Assembly (NCBI GenBank): GCA_028820635.1
Contig: JAPPIG010000064.1
Location: forward strand, 195,074 to 259,073
Reading direction: 5' to 3'
DNA from: Candidatus Poribacteria bacterium
GTDB lineage: Bacteria; Poribacteria; WGA-4E; WGA-3G
Length of the DNA stretch: 64,000 nt
The notes under the pieces are model-generated. The model was not told where the DNA came from. It made no database searches and was given only the letters and a program-made list of their open reading frames with translations. Shown piece by piece: positions 47,324-57,292 of the stretch. A program made the translations under genes and the position numbers. Every line of letters starts with the position of its first letter. The stretch's first letter is position 1.

Positions 47324-48634
47324 ATGGATATAAATAATAGCACACGAAGCGTGTCCCGCTACTTCTCAGAGTTTGTTAATCTCCCAAGACGTATCCTTTT
47401 TGCTGCATTTGCTATTTCCGCTGCTGCGAGTTTTCTTTTATGTGGTTATGAATTTATCCGGGCAGTCTCAGATTCCTTATTCATTGAAGTATACACGGCA
47501 AAAAACCTTCCGTGGGTAATGACGGCTGTTCCACCCAGTGTGCTTTTAATTCTTTGCCCCTATGGACTTTTCCTCTCGTGGCTTGGTGCCACGCGCACCT
47601 TAGCGATAACCTCTATTCTATCAGGGGCTTTGATCTTATCATGCTACTTTGCACTTTCAAGCGGGATAGGTTTCGCTGCTGCTATTATTTATGTTTTTCG
47701 TGAAGCGTACATTGTAATCATCCTTGAACAATTCTGGTCTTTTGTCAACAGTACTCTCAAATCTAAACAAGCAAAAACAATAAATGGACCCTTTTGTGCA
47801 ATTGCCTCAGTCGGATCTGTTATCGGAGGGAAACTTGTAGCAAGATGGGCAGAAACGCTGGGATCAGAAACGCTACTTGTGTTCGCCGCCAGTTCCCTTA
47901 TACCAGCGGCAATTTTCGGTGTAATCGCTTACGCCCTTGCTGGGGAACCGAAACCTACTGTAGCTGAGGAAGGTGGACGACGTGGACACTTAGGTCTAAA
48001 GACGTTTTTTAGTTCTAAATATTTGGTTTTCATAGGTTTGCTGATTATAAGTACTCAAGTCATCTCAACTGTACTTGATCTCCGATTCAAAGGTCTGGTA
48101 GAAATGGATTTTCCTGTCAAAGATACCAGAACTGCGTATATCGGCAACTTTTATGGAAACCTCGGCGCGGTCTCAGCCGTTTTGCAACTGATTGTTGTAC
48201 CTTTAGCACTCCGATTTGTCTCTATCCGGATTATCCATATCGGCATTCCGATCATGCACCTGATTAACGGGTTAGTTCTGACTCTTAAGCCATCGCTTGG
48301 TACTGCAGCAAGAGCCTTTCTAACATTTAAAGCGCTTGATTATTCACTTTTTCGTGCTGCCAAAGAATTATTTTATATACCGCTTTCCTATGATGAACGT
48401 TACCGCGCTAAACAGATTATCGATTCTTTCCTATACCGTTCTGCCAAAGGTGGAAGTGCGGGTGTCATTGCATTAATTGGTCTGGGTATAAAAACTATTC
48501 CCGGTATGGCCTATTCCATTGCAGCTATGGCAGCATCATGTATATGGGGTGGACTTGTCACGAATTTGACATCACAATATCAAAAGTTAGAAAAAACCGA
48601 TAAAAACGTTGACAATGAAACTTCCATTGTGTAA
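47324..48634 (+). CDS. 12-TM transporter, MFS superfamily / nucleotide-transporter (NTT/TLC)-like
   Basis: 436 aa with about 12 TM helices. The N-terminal region YEFIRAVSDSLFIEVYTAKNLPWV resembles the NTT/AAA-family N-terminus. Family assignment is tentative. Confidence 0.55.
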   Translation: MDINNSTRSVSRYFSEFVNLPRRILFAAFAISAAASFLLCGYEFIRAVSDSLFIEVYTAKNLPWVMTAVPPSVLLILCPYGLFLSWLGATRTLAITSILSGALILSCYFALSSGIGFAAAIIYVFREAYIVIILEQFWSFVNSTLKSKQAKTINGPFCAIASVGSVIGGKLVARWAETLGSETLLVFAASSLIPAAIFGVIAYALAGEPKPTVAEEGGRRGHLGLKTFFSSKYLVFIGLLIISTQVISTVLDLRFKGLVEMDFPVKDTRTAYIGNFYGNLGAVSAVLQLIVVPLALRFVSIRIIHIGIPIMHLINGLVLTLKPSLGTAARAFLTFKALDYSLFRAAKELFYIPLSYDERYRAKQIIDSFLYRSAKGGSAGVIALIGLGIKTIPGMAYSIAAMAASCIWGGLVTNLTSQYQKLEKTDKNVDNETSIV

Positions 48635-48660
48635 AATATAGATTAGAAACTAACGTTGAA

Positions 48661-49470
48661 ATGGAGGACAAAGGCGTGACATATCATTTTTTGAGAGGTA
48701 TGCCAACACAATTGCTTTATTTCGGTGTGCTTATTTTGGTCGGTGCATTGTTAGTCGGTTGTGCAGTCGCACCCCAACCTTCAATTGATGTCTACATAGA
48801 GGCGATTGAAGGACAGACAAACACAAAAATAGATCCCGAAACTGGTGCCGTTACCGTTTTACAAAAAGGTGTTGCTGTTACTATTGAACCGCTTAATGAA
48901 GTGGAGATTTTTGAACTAACTGATGATCCGCGCATCAATCCTTATCTCATTGTAGGAAACCGTGGTAATGTTGAACCTATCTATACAGTTTTTCAAATGA
49001 CTGTTCACAATCTTGATACGCCACGAGTTTTGGTTGAAGAATCTGCTACGCTACTGGATAAGAATGGAGCGCAGTACGCAAACTTACCTTACGATTACTT
49101 TGAAGACCTCTACGCCAACGTGACTCGTTCTGAGAATAACGCTTTACCCGCAAGAACATATCCACATTACCATCCTCCCTATCGCAGCTATTATCCATAC
49201 TACCGAACTTACTTGGATGTTGCGGCATTAGAGGAAGGACAAGCGGTAGTTGCGGAGAGTCTCTTTGAAAGTGGGAAGTTGTTCAAAGGTGCTAAGCGGA
49301 GAGGGCTTTTAATCTTTGACCGACTCGACCTTGACAATACGGAATTGAGGGTAATTGTCCCCGAAATCAGTGTTGTGAATTCAGATAGCAAGCAGGAAAA
49401 ATTGAAATTTAACTTTGATTTTAGGCAGGTTGTTACTGAGAAACCTGCTATTGAACGAAGGGAGTATTGA
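48661..49470 (+). CDS. hypothetical lipoprotein with Tyr/Pro-rich segment
   Basis: Lipobox LLVGC after a hydrophobic leader. YPHYHPPYRSYYPYYRTY low-complexity stretch. No known domain recognised. Confidence 0.5.
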   Translation: MEDKGVTYHFLRGMPTQLLYFGVLILVGALLVGCAVAPQPSIDVYIEAIEGQTNTKIDPETGAVTVLQKGVAVTIEPLNEVEIFELTDDPRINPYLIVGNRGNVEPIYTVFQMTVHNLDTPRVLVEESATLLDKNGAQYANLPYDYFEDLYANVTRSENNALPARTYPHYHPPYRSYYPYYRTYLDVAALEEGQAVVAESLFESGKLFKGAKRRGLLIFDRLDLDNTELRVIVPEISVVNSDSKQEKLKFNFDFRQVVTEKPAIERREY

Positions 49471-49474
49471 TAAA

Positions 49475-50653
49475 ATGAGAAATTGGTTGGTAGGATTGAT
49501 GTTGTTAATGTCACTCGCATTTGTTTACGGCTGCGATACTGGAAATCAAGTAAGGGTAGCTGTAGCAGGACCTTTTACAGGCACCGCAGCAGCGTTTGGA
49601 GAAATGATTAAACGCGGCGCACAACTTAAAGAAAAAGAGATTAATGAGGCGGGTGGTATCAATGGCAAAATGTTGAAACTTGTCTTTAAAGATGATGCTG
49701 GCAAACCGAAAGATGCAAGCAATGTTGCAAATAGCATCGCCGATAACAGACGGTTTCTTGCGGTTGTTGGACATTTTAACAGTTCTTGTTCCCTTGCCGG
49801 TAAACCAATTTACAAACAGAAAGGAATAGTTGAATTATCACCCGGTTCGACAAATGTAAAAGTTTGTGAAGGAAGCGATTGGACATTTAGGAATTTGTAT
49901 AGAGATGATTTTCAGGGTCAATTCGTGGCTGAATATGTTAATAAATATATGAATGAAATTAAAACTGTCGCCATTTTGTTTGATAATGACGATTATGGAC
50001 GTGGTCTTCGTGATGGTTTTACTTCTGCCGCAGGAAATTTTGGTCTGAATATTGTTGCTTCCGAAGCGTATGATCGGAATAGCACTGATTTTAAAGCACA
50101 ACTCACTGGTATTAAGGCAAAGAATCCAGACCTTGTATTCATTTCTGGCCTCTATAGCGAGGCAGGACTCATTGTTAAACAAGGGCGTGAGGTCGGAATT
50201 ACTGCCCAGTTCTTTGGTGCAGATGGCGTAGATTCTCCGGATTTCCTTACAGTCGCAGGTGATGCAGCGGAAGGAACTTACCTAACAACACCTTTTATAT
50301 TCAGTGAAGGTGGAGGTGAAGCATTACGAGTTGCTGAAGCATTTAAAACTGAGTTCAACGGTATTGAACCTGATACATGGGCAGCACTCTCATACGATGC
50401 AGTTGGTATGATTGCTGAAGCAATTGAAAAAACCTTTGATCAAGACGCTTCACTTGCGGACAAGCGAAAAGCAATCCGGGATCATTTAGCTTCGTTAGAC
50501 ACACCAGAAAAAGGGTACACAGGAATTACAGGATTAACCTATTTTGATAAAAATGGTGACACTGTTAATAAGCCTGCTTATGTCAAAATTGTTGAAAATG
50601 GAAAATTCATCACTGCTCCTCAGCAATTGCTTAACGCTGGATCTCAGGAGTAA
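49475..50653 (+). CDS. livK: branched-chain amino acid ABC transporter substrate-binding lipoprotein (LivK/LivJ family)
   Basis: Start ATG at 49475 with RBS GAAGGGAG; the ORF-track start at 49415 overlaps the previous gene. Lipobox VYGC. RVAVAGPFTGTAAAFGEMIKRGAQL...EINEAGGINGK matches type I periplasmic binding-protein Leu/Ile/Val. Confidence 0.8.
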   Translation: MRNWLVGLMLLMSLAFVYGCDTGNQVRVAVAGPFTGTAAAFGEMIKRGAQLKEKEINEAGGINGKMLKLVFKDDAGKPKDASNVANSIADNRRFLAVVGHFNSSCSLAGKPIYKQKGIVELSPGSTNVKVCEGSDWTFRNLYRDDFQGQFVAEYVNKYMNEIKTVAILFDNDDYGRGLRDGFTSAAGNFGLNIVASEAYDRNSTDFKAQLTGIKAKNPDLVFISGLYSEAGLIVKQGREVGITAQFFGADGVDSPDFLTVAGDAAEGTYLTTPFIFSEGGGEALRVAEAFKTEFNGIEPDTWAALSYDAVGMIAEAIEKTFDQDASLADKRKAIRDHLASLDTPEKGYTGITGLTYFDKNGDTVNKPAYVKIVENGKFITAPQQLLNAGSQE

Positions 50654-50697
50654 CATAACGGTCAACTTTCCAATAACAGAGCAAAGATTATAGACTT

Positions 50698-51621
50698 ATG
50701 TCAGTTTTTTTACTGCAGCTAATTAATGGATTGGTTCAAGGTGGAATCTACGCACTTATTGCTGTTGGTTACACCATGGTGTATGGAATAATTCAGCTGA
50801 TTAATTTCGCCCATGGCGAGATTTTCATGTTGGGTGCCTATTTTGCTCTAATTCTTGTTACAGCTACACCTCTTCCATTTTGGGCAGCTGTACTGTTGAG
50901 CATGGTTTTTTGTGCAGTGTTGGGAATGTTAATAGACTATATAGCATATCGTCCCCTTCGCAACGCGCCACGTTTATCCGCCTTGATTACCGCTATTGGT
51001 GTATCGTTAACACTCCTAAATCTCGCGCGGATGCTCTGGTCGTCACGCCAGCGAACATTTCCTGACGACTCAAAACCTGCTATATTCCAAAGTAAAATTG
51101 ATTTAGAAACAGGTGAGGTTTTCAACGCTATCCCACTTCCGGATGGAGCCATTCTTCCTTACACAGATATTTTTATCATCTTGCTTGCAGTTGTGTTGAT
51201 GTTTGCCTTAAACAGGTTAGTTCACCTGACGAAAATTGGCAAAGCAATGCGTGCTTGCGCCCAGAGTCCGGTGGCAGCAAATCTGATGGGCATCAAGACG
51301 AATCAGGTCATATCAGTAACATTTGCAATCGGTTCTGCCTTAGGTGCCGTTGCAGGAGTGATGGTGGGTTTACGGGAAGCAATTATGCCTACAATGGGTT
51401 ACCATAAAGGAATTGCGGCTTTTGCCGCCGCAGTCCTTGGAGGCATAGGGAACATCACTGGCGCGATGCTTGGTGGCATCATAATTGGATTAGCTGAAGC
51501 CTTTGGAGGTGGATATATCTCTGGGGGGTATAAGTTAGCGTTTGCATATGTTATCATGATTGTCGTTATTCTTATTCGTCCATCCGGGCTTTTTGGGAAA
51601 TCCACAGCTCAACGTGCCTAA
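50698..51621 (+). CDS. livH: branched-chain amino acid ABC transporter permease LivH
   Basis: N-terminus LLQLINGLVQGGIYALIAVGYTMVYG is the LivH signature. Confidence 0.85.
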   Translation: MSVFLLQLINGLVQGGIYALIAVGYTMVYGIIQLINFAHGEIFMLGAYFALILVTATPLPFWAAVLLSMVFCAVLGMLIDYIAYRPLRNAPRLSALITAIGVSLTLLNLARMLWSSRQRTFPDDSKPAIFQSKIDLETGEVFNAIPLPDGAILPYTDIFIILLAVVLMFALNRLVHLTKIGKAMRACAQSPVAANLMGIKTNQVISVTFAIGSALGAVAGVMVGLREAIMPTMGYHKGIAAFAAAVLGGIGNITGAMLGGIIIGLAEAFGGGYISGGYKLAFAYVIMIVVILIRPSGLFGKSTAQRA

Positions 51622-51675
51622 ATCTAAAATATCCATATCTATGTCATGCTTGAGTTTAATTAATGTCAAGGCATC

Positions 51676-52677
51676 ATGCAAAATAAGTTAACACCGAAGA
51701 ATATTATCCTTCTTCTCATCGTATGTTTTATACCCTTGCTTCTGTTTGGAATAGATTTGCTTGCCCGTCTTTTGTTCGATAACTTCGGTATTGATCTGCC
51801 TATTCCGGGCGCAAGTTCCATACTACGAATTCTCGCTTTGACAGGTCTGTATGTTTTGCTCGCCGTTGGACTTAATATAGTCTGTGGTTATACAGGATTG
51901 TTAGATCTTGGGTACGTTGGTTTCTATCTTGTAGGCGGATATACCGTGGGGCTTTTGATGACTCGTTTTGGATTTAGTTATTGGATAGCTCTACCGCTTG
52001 CTGTATTGAATGGTGCATTTTGGGGGTTGCTGAGAGGGGTGCCTACCTTACGCCTCACTGGAGATTATTTCGCGATAGTAACATTCGGGTTTGCAGAATT
52101 GTTATACCAAATCGTTAAGAATGAAGAATGGCTGATAGGGAATGTGAACGGTATGGTCAACGACATTCCGCGAGCATCAATTTTCGGGATAGAACTTGAT
52201 CAAAATTTGTACCATTATTACCATATTCTCATCTTGATCGCATTAGTAGTTTTTGTTTCCTATCGATTACAGCATTCTCGCGTTGGAAGAGCGTGGGTAG
52301 CCATCCGGGAAGATGAACAAGCAGCTGAGAGTATGGGTATCAATATTAGTCGATATAAGTCACTTGCCTTTGCAGTTAGCGCAGCTATTGGTGCCCTTGG
52401 CGGAGCCTTTTTTACACAACTTCAGTCTAATCTAGCCGTAGAAGTATTTGAATTTTGGGAATCCATTCTAATTCTATGCATGGTCGTTCTCGGTGGAATG
52501 GGAAATATTAGAGGGGCTATAATAGGTGGGATTATTATTGGTTCTTTAGGCGAAGTCTTACGTATCGTTCTCGGCTTTAACCCTCAACTTGCGGATGCAC
52601 GGTTTCTCATCTTTGGAATTATCTTAATATTATTAATGCGTTATCGTCCCGATGGATTGGTTTTTAGAAAAACATGA
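51676..52677 (+). CDS. livM: branched-chain amino acid ABC transporter permease LivM
   Basis: LivM-type permease following livH; GLLDLGYVGFYLVGGY motif. Confidence 0.8.
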   Translation: MQNKLTPKNIILLLIVCFIPLLLFGIDLLARLLFDNFGIDLPIPGASSILRILALTGLYVLLAVGLNIVCGYTGLLDLGYVGFYLVGGYTVGLLMTRFGFSYWIALPLAVLNGAFWGLLRGVPTLRLTGDYFAIVTFGFAELLYQIVKNEEWLIGNVNGMVNDIPRASIFGIELDQNLYHYYHILILIALVVFVSYRLQHSRVGRAWVAIREDEQAAESMGINISRYKSLAFAVSAAIGALGGAFFTQLQSNLAVEVFEFWESILILCMVVLGGMGNIRGAIIGGIIIGSLGEVLRIVLGFNPQLADARFLIFGIILILLMRYRPDGLVFRKT

Positions 52678-52716
52678 GCACACATTAAATAAGGTCAAGT
52701 ACATAAAAACTGTCCT

Positions 52717-53751
52717 TCAACCCATCTTACTTGAACTATCCTCCTTCCCGTTTTTCCATTTCTGAATAAGCATTTCTCCCACTAAAAGAATCAGTGCCAA
52801 CCCCGCAAACCACTGAAACCTTTCCTCATATTCACCATCAGAATGCACTCTAAATTTCTGCTTTTCAAGTTGTGCCAAGTCTGTTGCTAACTGGGCAACA
52901 CCCTCGTCTGCATGATAATAGTTACCATTCCCTTCTTTGGCAATTTCGCGTAAACTTACCTCATTTAATGCGGTTAACACCAGTTGTCCATCCACATTTC
53001 GTTTGTACCCCGCACTTTCAACCGGAAGAGGTATCGGAACAGGTTTTTCAGAGTTTCCAACACCAACACAATATATATGTACTCCATCTCTCTTAGCTGC
53101 TTTTGCTGCTGCAATAGCATCATCACCGAAGTCCTCCCCGTCTGTGAAAAGAATCAATACTTTCTGTCCGCTGGAATTATTTTTTGTTGTCAACTCACTC
53201 CTATCTGAAACGAATCGGTCAGTTGCGACTTCAATAGCGTTGCCAATATGTGTGCCTCTATGTGCAAGGGTTTCTGGAGTCAACGATGCTAAAAATTCTC
53301 TTAACGTCTTTACATCGCTTGTCAATGGACATACGACAACACTTGCTTCAGCAAAGTAGAGTAAACCGAGCCGATCCCCTTTAAGCTGCTCCATCAAAGA
53401 AAACATAAAATCTTTTGCTTGCGTTATTCGTCGGACAGAGTTGTCATCTATGGCAAGCATACTCGTAGAAATATCCATCGCAAGCATGACATCTAATCTT
53501 TCAGCGACAGTTTCAGGTTTAGCACCCCACTGCGGATGCGCGATTGCAATAGCCATAAACAGGTAACTCAACATCAACAACATTGCTTGAATTTTGTGTC
53601 GTTTTAGATGGGTTGCCCGGACATTGCTTTGGAAAAGCAGCATCGCCTTCCGCTTCATTCGCAATCCCAAAAGAAGCAGTAGAATTAAAATAGGCAATCC
53701 GATCCATAACAAAAAGATGAACTCCGGATTGCCAAAACGAAACCAATTCAT
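52717..53751 (-). CDS. von Willebrand factor A domain protein, BatA-like
   Basis: N-terminal two TM helices (MNWFRFGNPEFIFLLWIGLPILILLL...), then a vWA domain with MIDAS DISTSM, and a C-terminal TM. Confidence 0.75.
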   Translation of the reverse strand: MNWFRFGNPEFIFLLWIGLPILILLLLLGLRMKRKAMLLFQSNVRATHLKRHKIQAMLLMLSYLFMAIAIAHPQWGAKPETVAERLDVMLAMDISTSMLAIDDNSVRRITQAKDFMFSLMEQLKGDRLGLLYFAEASVVVCPLTSDVKTLREFLASLTPETLAHRGTHIGNAIEVATDRFVSDRSELTTKNNSSGQKVLILFTDGEDFGDDAIAAAKAAKRDGVHIYCVGVGNSEKPVPIPLPVESAGYKRNVDGQLVLTALNEVSLREIAKEGNGNYYHADEGVAQLATDLAQLEKQKFRVHSDGEYEERFQWFAGLALILLVGEMLIQKWKNGKEDSSSKMG

Positions 53752-53784
53752 GTTCTATAAAGCCAAATTTGGACTACATTTATT

Positions 53785-55476
53785 TTACAAATTATGATTT
53801 AACCAATGAATACGATGTTTATACTTTTCAACTTCTGCTTTGACCCTCTCCTGATCCCAATTGTTCCTTTTGCCCAAGAATTGTGCTATTTCTGGTGCTA
53901 TATCTAACCCTTGTCCCTGCGTCCATCCAATGCGGGTGCGTCTCCATAACAAATCTTCTAAAGTTATTGCCATTTCTCCCCAAAAAGCATAAAGGATTTC
54001 TGCCTTCATAAATGGAAGCACCTTAGTTATAGGTTCAGCAAGTGTCGCATCCTTACCAACGAATTCTTGAATAGTCTGATACCCTTTGTTTCCATATCGT
54101 TGAATAAGTCGCTCCTTATCAACTAAATGCGTGCCTCCTTTGCCAGTGTCATACCCATTAAGTTTATCTGGTGTGGCACTTGGCAATGGACAGACAGCGG
54201 TTTTACATTCACGAGGCACACTTAAAGATTCAGCCAAATAGTCTACCGTTTCCTCAGCAATCAGACGGTGTGTCGTCAGTTTTCCACCATAAACATATAA
54301 AATGCCGCTTGGACTTTCAGTGATTATATGTTCTCTTGAAACGAAATTACGACCACCGTTTTCCTGTTTTGAATGGTTAGGAGCGATGAGGGGACGTATT
54401 CCAGCATAAGTACCGATAATTGAGCTGCGATCCAGCGACATACTTGGGAAAACCCGTTGTGCTTCGGAAAGTAAATACGCTACTTCTTTTGCGGAAGGAC
54501 GAGCAGACTCCGGTCCATTCTCTGGTGTCGTTTCTGTTGTGCCAACAATAGAGGTATTGTGCTCACCGGGCAAAATAAAAATCGCTCGCTGTTTTTCATT
54601 GTACGACTTTTCCGCATGTGTTAATGTCACGATACCATGCTGATTTGGTGTGTTTCCTGCAAGGCAGCGTGGCAAGATAAGATGAATCCCTTTAGCATTT
54701 TCGGTTACTAATCGAGGGGCGCCATCGTAGCTGGGATCTTTACACCATAACTGATCGGTCCACGGGCCTGTCGTAGAGACGATTTTGCGTGCAGCGATCT
54801 CAAAACAGTCGCCTGAAATGGTATCTTTAGCTATTACGCGATGCATTGGATTTGACGCATCCGGTTGGGCAATAAAATCAAGAAACTGGACGTAGTTAGT
54901 GACGATGCCACCATTTAAATGGGCATCCTTGAGAGTTGCTAAAGTTAATCTTGCGTCATCAACAGTGCTATCCCAAAGTACAACACAGCCTTTAAGTCCG
55001 TTTGTAGCGACAGCACCAACTATGGTTTGTATTTTATGTACATCAAGAAGTAATTTCGCTTTTTCTGTTGTGTCCGATTTTGACAGATGATTATAGTATT
55101 GTGCAGCAAGTCGAATCCCAGTAAGTGGATACGGGTCCCCCTTATAACGAAGAATCGCTATCGGTATGGGTTTAACAAGATTCGGGGCTATGTGAAGCAG
55201 GATTTCCCGTTCCTTGCGTGCTTGTTTCACAAGAGCAATGTCACGTTTGGCAAGATATCTAAATCCACCGTGAATCAATTGGGAACTTGCACCGCTCGTG
55301 CCGCTGGCAAAATCGCCTTTCTCAATCAGACCTGCTCTGATTCCTCCGTTTAAAGTGAGGTCTCGAATTAAACCTGCACCGACGATGCCACCGCCGATAA
55401 CTAACACATCTAACGGTTCCGTCTTTAAGGTTTTTATATTTTGGGTTCGAGTTTGGTCTGAAAATTCTATTGACAT
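53785..55476 (-). CDS. glpD: FAD-dependent glycerol-3-phosphate dehydrogenase
   Basis: DVLVIGGGIVGAG FAD-binding motif; GlpA/GlpD-family length and C-terminal helical domain. Confidence 0.8.
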   Translation of the reverse strand: MSIEFSDQTRTQNIKTLKTEPLDVLVIGGGIVGAGLIRDLTLNGGIRAGLIEKGDFASGTSGASSQLIHGGFRYLAKRDIALVKQARKEREILLHIAPNLVKPIPIAILRYKGDPYPLTGIRLAAQYYNHLSKSDTTEKAKLLLDVHKIQTIVGAVATNGLKGCVVLWDSTVDDARLTLATLKDAHLNGGIVTNYVQFLDFIAQPDASNPMHRVIAKDTISGDCFEIAARKIVSTTGPWTDQLWCKDPSYDGAPRLVTENAKGIHLILPRCLAGNTPNQHGIVTLTHAEKSYNEKQRAIFILPGEHNTSIVGTTETTPENGPESARPSAKEVAYLLSEAQRVFPSMSLDRSSIIGTYAGIRPLIAPNHSKQENGGRNFVSREHIITESPSGILYVYGGKLTTHRLIAEETVDYLAESLSVPRECKTAVCPLPSATPDKLNGYDTGKGGTHLVDKERLIQRYGNKGYQTIQEFVGKDATLAEPITKVLPFMKAEILYAFWGEMAITLEDLLWRRTRIGWTQGQGLDIAPEIAQFLGKRNNWDQERVKAEVEKYKHRIHWLNHNL

Positions 55477-55487
55477 TTTAGAGTATT

Positions 55488-56954
55488 TTAAGCCGTATCA
55501 TTTTTCAGGGTATTTGCTAACAGTTCCGCATGATTGGAAATCTTACGAATTGCCATCAATATCTGTTCTGCTGCCTTTGGAACAGGTTTTGTCAAGAGTG
55601 GTAAGAACACCAACTGTGAACATACTTTCTCAGTAATTGGCAAATCTCCTGCAGCGTATCCTTCATAATCTCCTCCCATTTCAGATGTACAGAGAGACCC
55701 TCGTCCATTCGTAAAGACATCAAGTCCCTTCATAAAGAGTGGAAGGGTATGAAGTAATGGATAAGGGTTGCTATTCGTTGGCAAACTCCCAGAAAAAACA
55801 GGCACGCCGTCACCGACCATTAGCGGATATGGGTTATTATTTGCCAAGACACCCTCTTTCCGTAGCGCGTGAGCAAACATTGGTGCCGATAAGCCGCGCA
55901 TCTCTTCCGCGCGATAATGGATAGGAAATCCAAAAAATGCCGCTGGCTCCGTACCTGCATACCGCTCAACAGGATTTACCCCAGGAATATCTTGCAATCC
56001 ATCTCTGATTTCTTCAATATATTTCCGACGGTTTGCGTTGAGATCATCAAGTTTTTGTAACTGCACGGAAGCGATGCCGATAGCCAACGGATGCGCGCGA
56101 TATTTTACGCCTAATCCCATAGGTGGGAGATGTGGGTAGTTAAGTGCAGAAGGATCCAAAACAGGGTCGCCAATACTGTTTATAGTACGATTAACTTGCC
56201 CCAATAAACAGGCACGTTCAAAAACCGTGATATCATTCGTGGCAAGCATTCCGCCTTCACCAGCACTCACTGCTTTGCTTCCTTGCAAACTCCATGCCCC
56301 TGCATGTCCGATACTGCCACACGGTTTGCCTTTGTATGATGCCCCGTGTGCGTGCGAGCAGTCTTCTATCACTGGGACGCCAGTTTCTTCACTGAGTTCC
56401 ATTAAAGCATCCATATCACACACGTTACCCCACAGATGGACTGCAACGATTGCTCTTGTACGCGTTGTAACACGTTGCCGGACATCATCAACATCAATAA
56501 CCAACGTTCTGGGATCAACTTCACAAAAAACAGGTCTTGCATTTAGCATGAGTGCAGGTGTTATAGAACCCATCCATGTATAGGTAGGACAAATAACTTC
56601 ATCACCGGGACCTACCCCGAGCCCAAACATTGCACTATGTAGTGCAGCAGTACCGTTGCTTAGACTCATAGCGAATTGGGTTTGGTGGCGTTCACGCCAA
56701 GTCCGCTCAAATTCCTGAACAACGGAAGACCCGCTGGACAGTTCATTTCGCAACGTCATTTCATAGGCTATCTGTGCCTCTGCTTCTGTTATTTGTTTCC
56801 ATTGATCCAATTTTGGAAAAGGTGTTTCTTCTGAAATCTCAAAGACTGGTTTTCCACCTAAAATCGCGGGAAGGGTTTTTCTATCAATCTCAGTGTTAGA
56901 AAGATGCTTGTTTTTCATTGTAATTTGCCCGTGCGTGATTTGTGAGGGTTCCAA
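55488..56954 (-). CDS. DegT/DnrJ/EryC1/StrS-family PLP-dependent aminotransferase with terminal extensions
   Basis: GDEVICPTYTWMGS, EDCSHAHGASYKGKPCGS..., SLQGSKAVSAGEGGM core of sugar aminotransferases. 488 aa is about 100 aa longer than typical. Confidence 0.8.
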   Translation of the reverse strand: MEPSQITHGQITMKNKHLSNTEIDRKTLPAILGGKPVFEISEETPFPKLDQWKQITEAEAQIAYEMTLRNELSSGSSVVQEFERTWRERHQTQFAMSLSNGTAALHSAMFGLGVGPGDEVICPTYTWMGSITPALMLNARPVFCEVDPRTLVIDVDDVRQRVTTRTRAIVAVHLWGNVCDMDALMELSEETGVPVIEDCSHAHGASYKGKPCGSIGHAGAWSLQGSKAVSAGEGGMLATNDITVFERACLLGQVNRTINSIGDPVLDPSALNYPHLPPMGLGVKYRAHPLAIGIASVQLQKLDDLNANRRKYIEEIRDGLQDIPGVNPVERYAGTEPAAFFGFPIHYRAEEMRGLSAPMFAHALRKEGVLANNNPYPLMVGDGVPVFSGSLPTNSNPYPLLHTLPLFMKGLDVFTNGRGSLCTSEMGGDYEGYAAGDLPITEKVCSQLVFLPLLTKPVPKAAEQILMAIRKISNHAELLANTLKNDTA

Positions 56955-57292
56955 TTCAGTAAATAAGAACTCGTTCTATATGCGGAAGAAAGACATTAAA
57001 ATAAACGGGAATATCAGAGAAAATCTAAAGTGCTGGTTGACCAACTCCTCAAATCAAAGATTTGAATATACTGTATTTGAATACACATATTCAGATTTCC
57101 TTAATTTGAGATTGATGGAAAATCCAAAACAATTGTTTTAATGTCAAGTCTGTGTTATACTAACAACACTCGTTAACTTGATAAATAGGAAACGTAACAA
57201 GTCCTAACCAAGTTTACGTCCTACACATATTATCATGTTTGCGATAAACTGTCAATTTTTTGTGATTTAGACTCCGCATTTCTGAGAAGATT

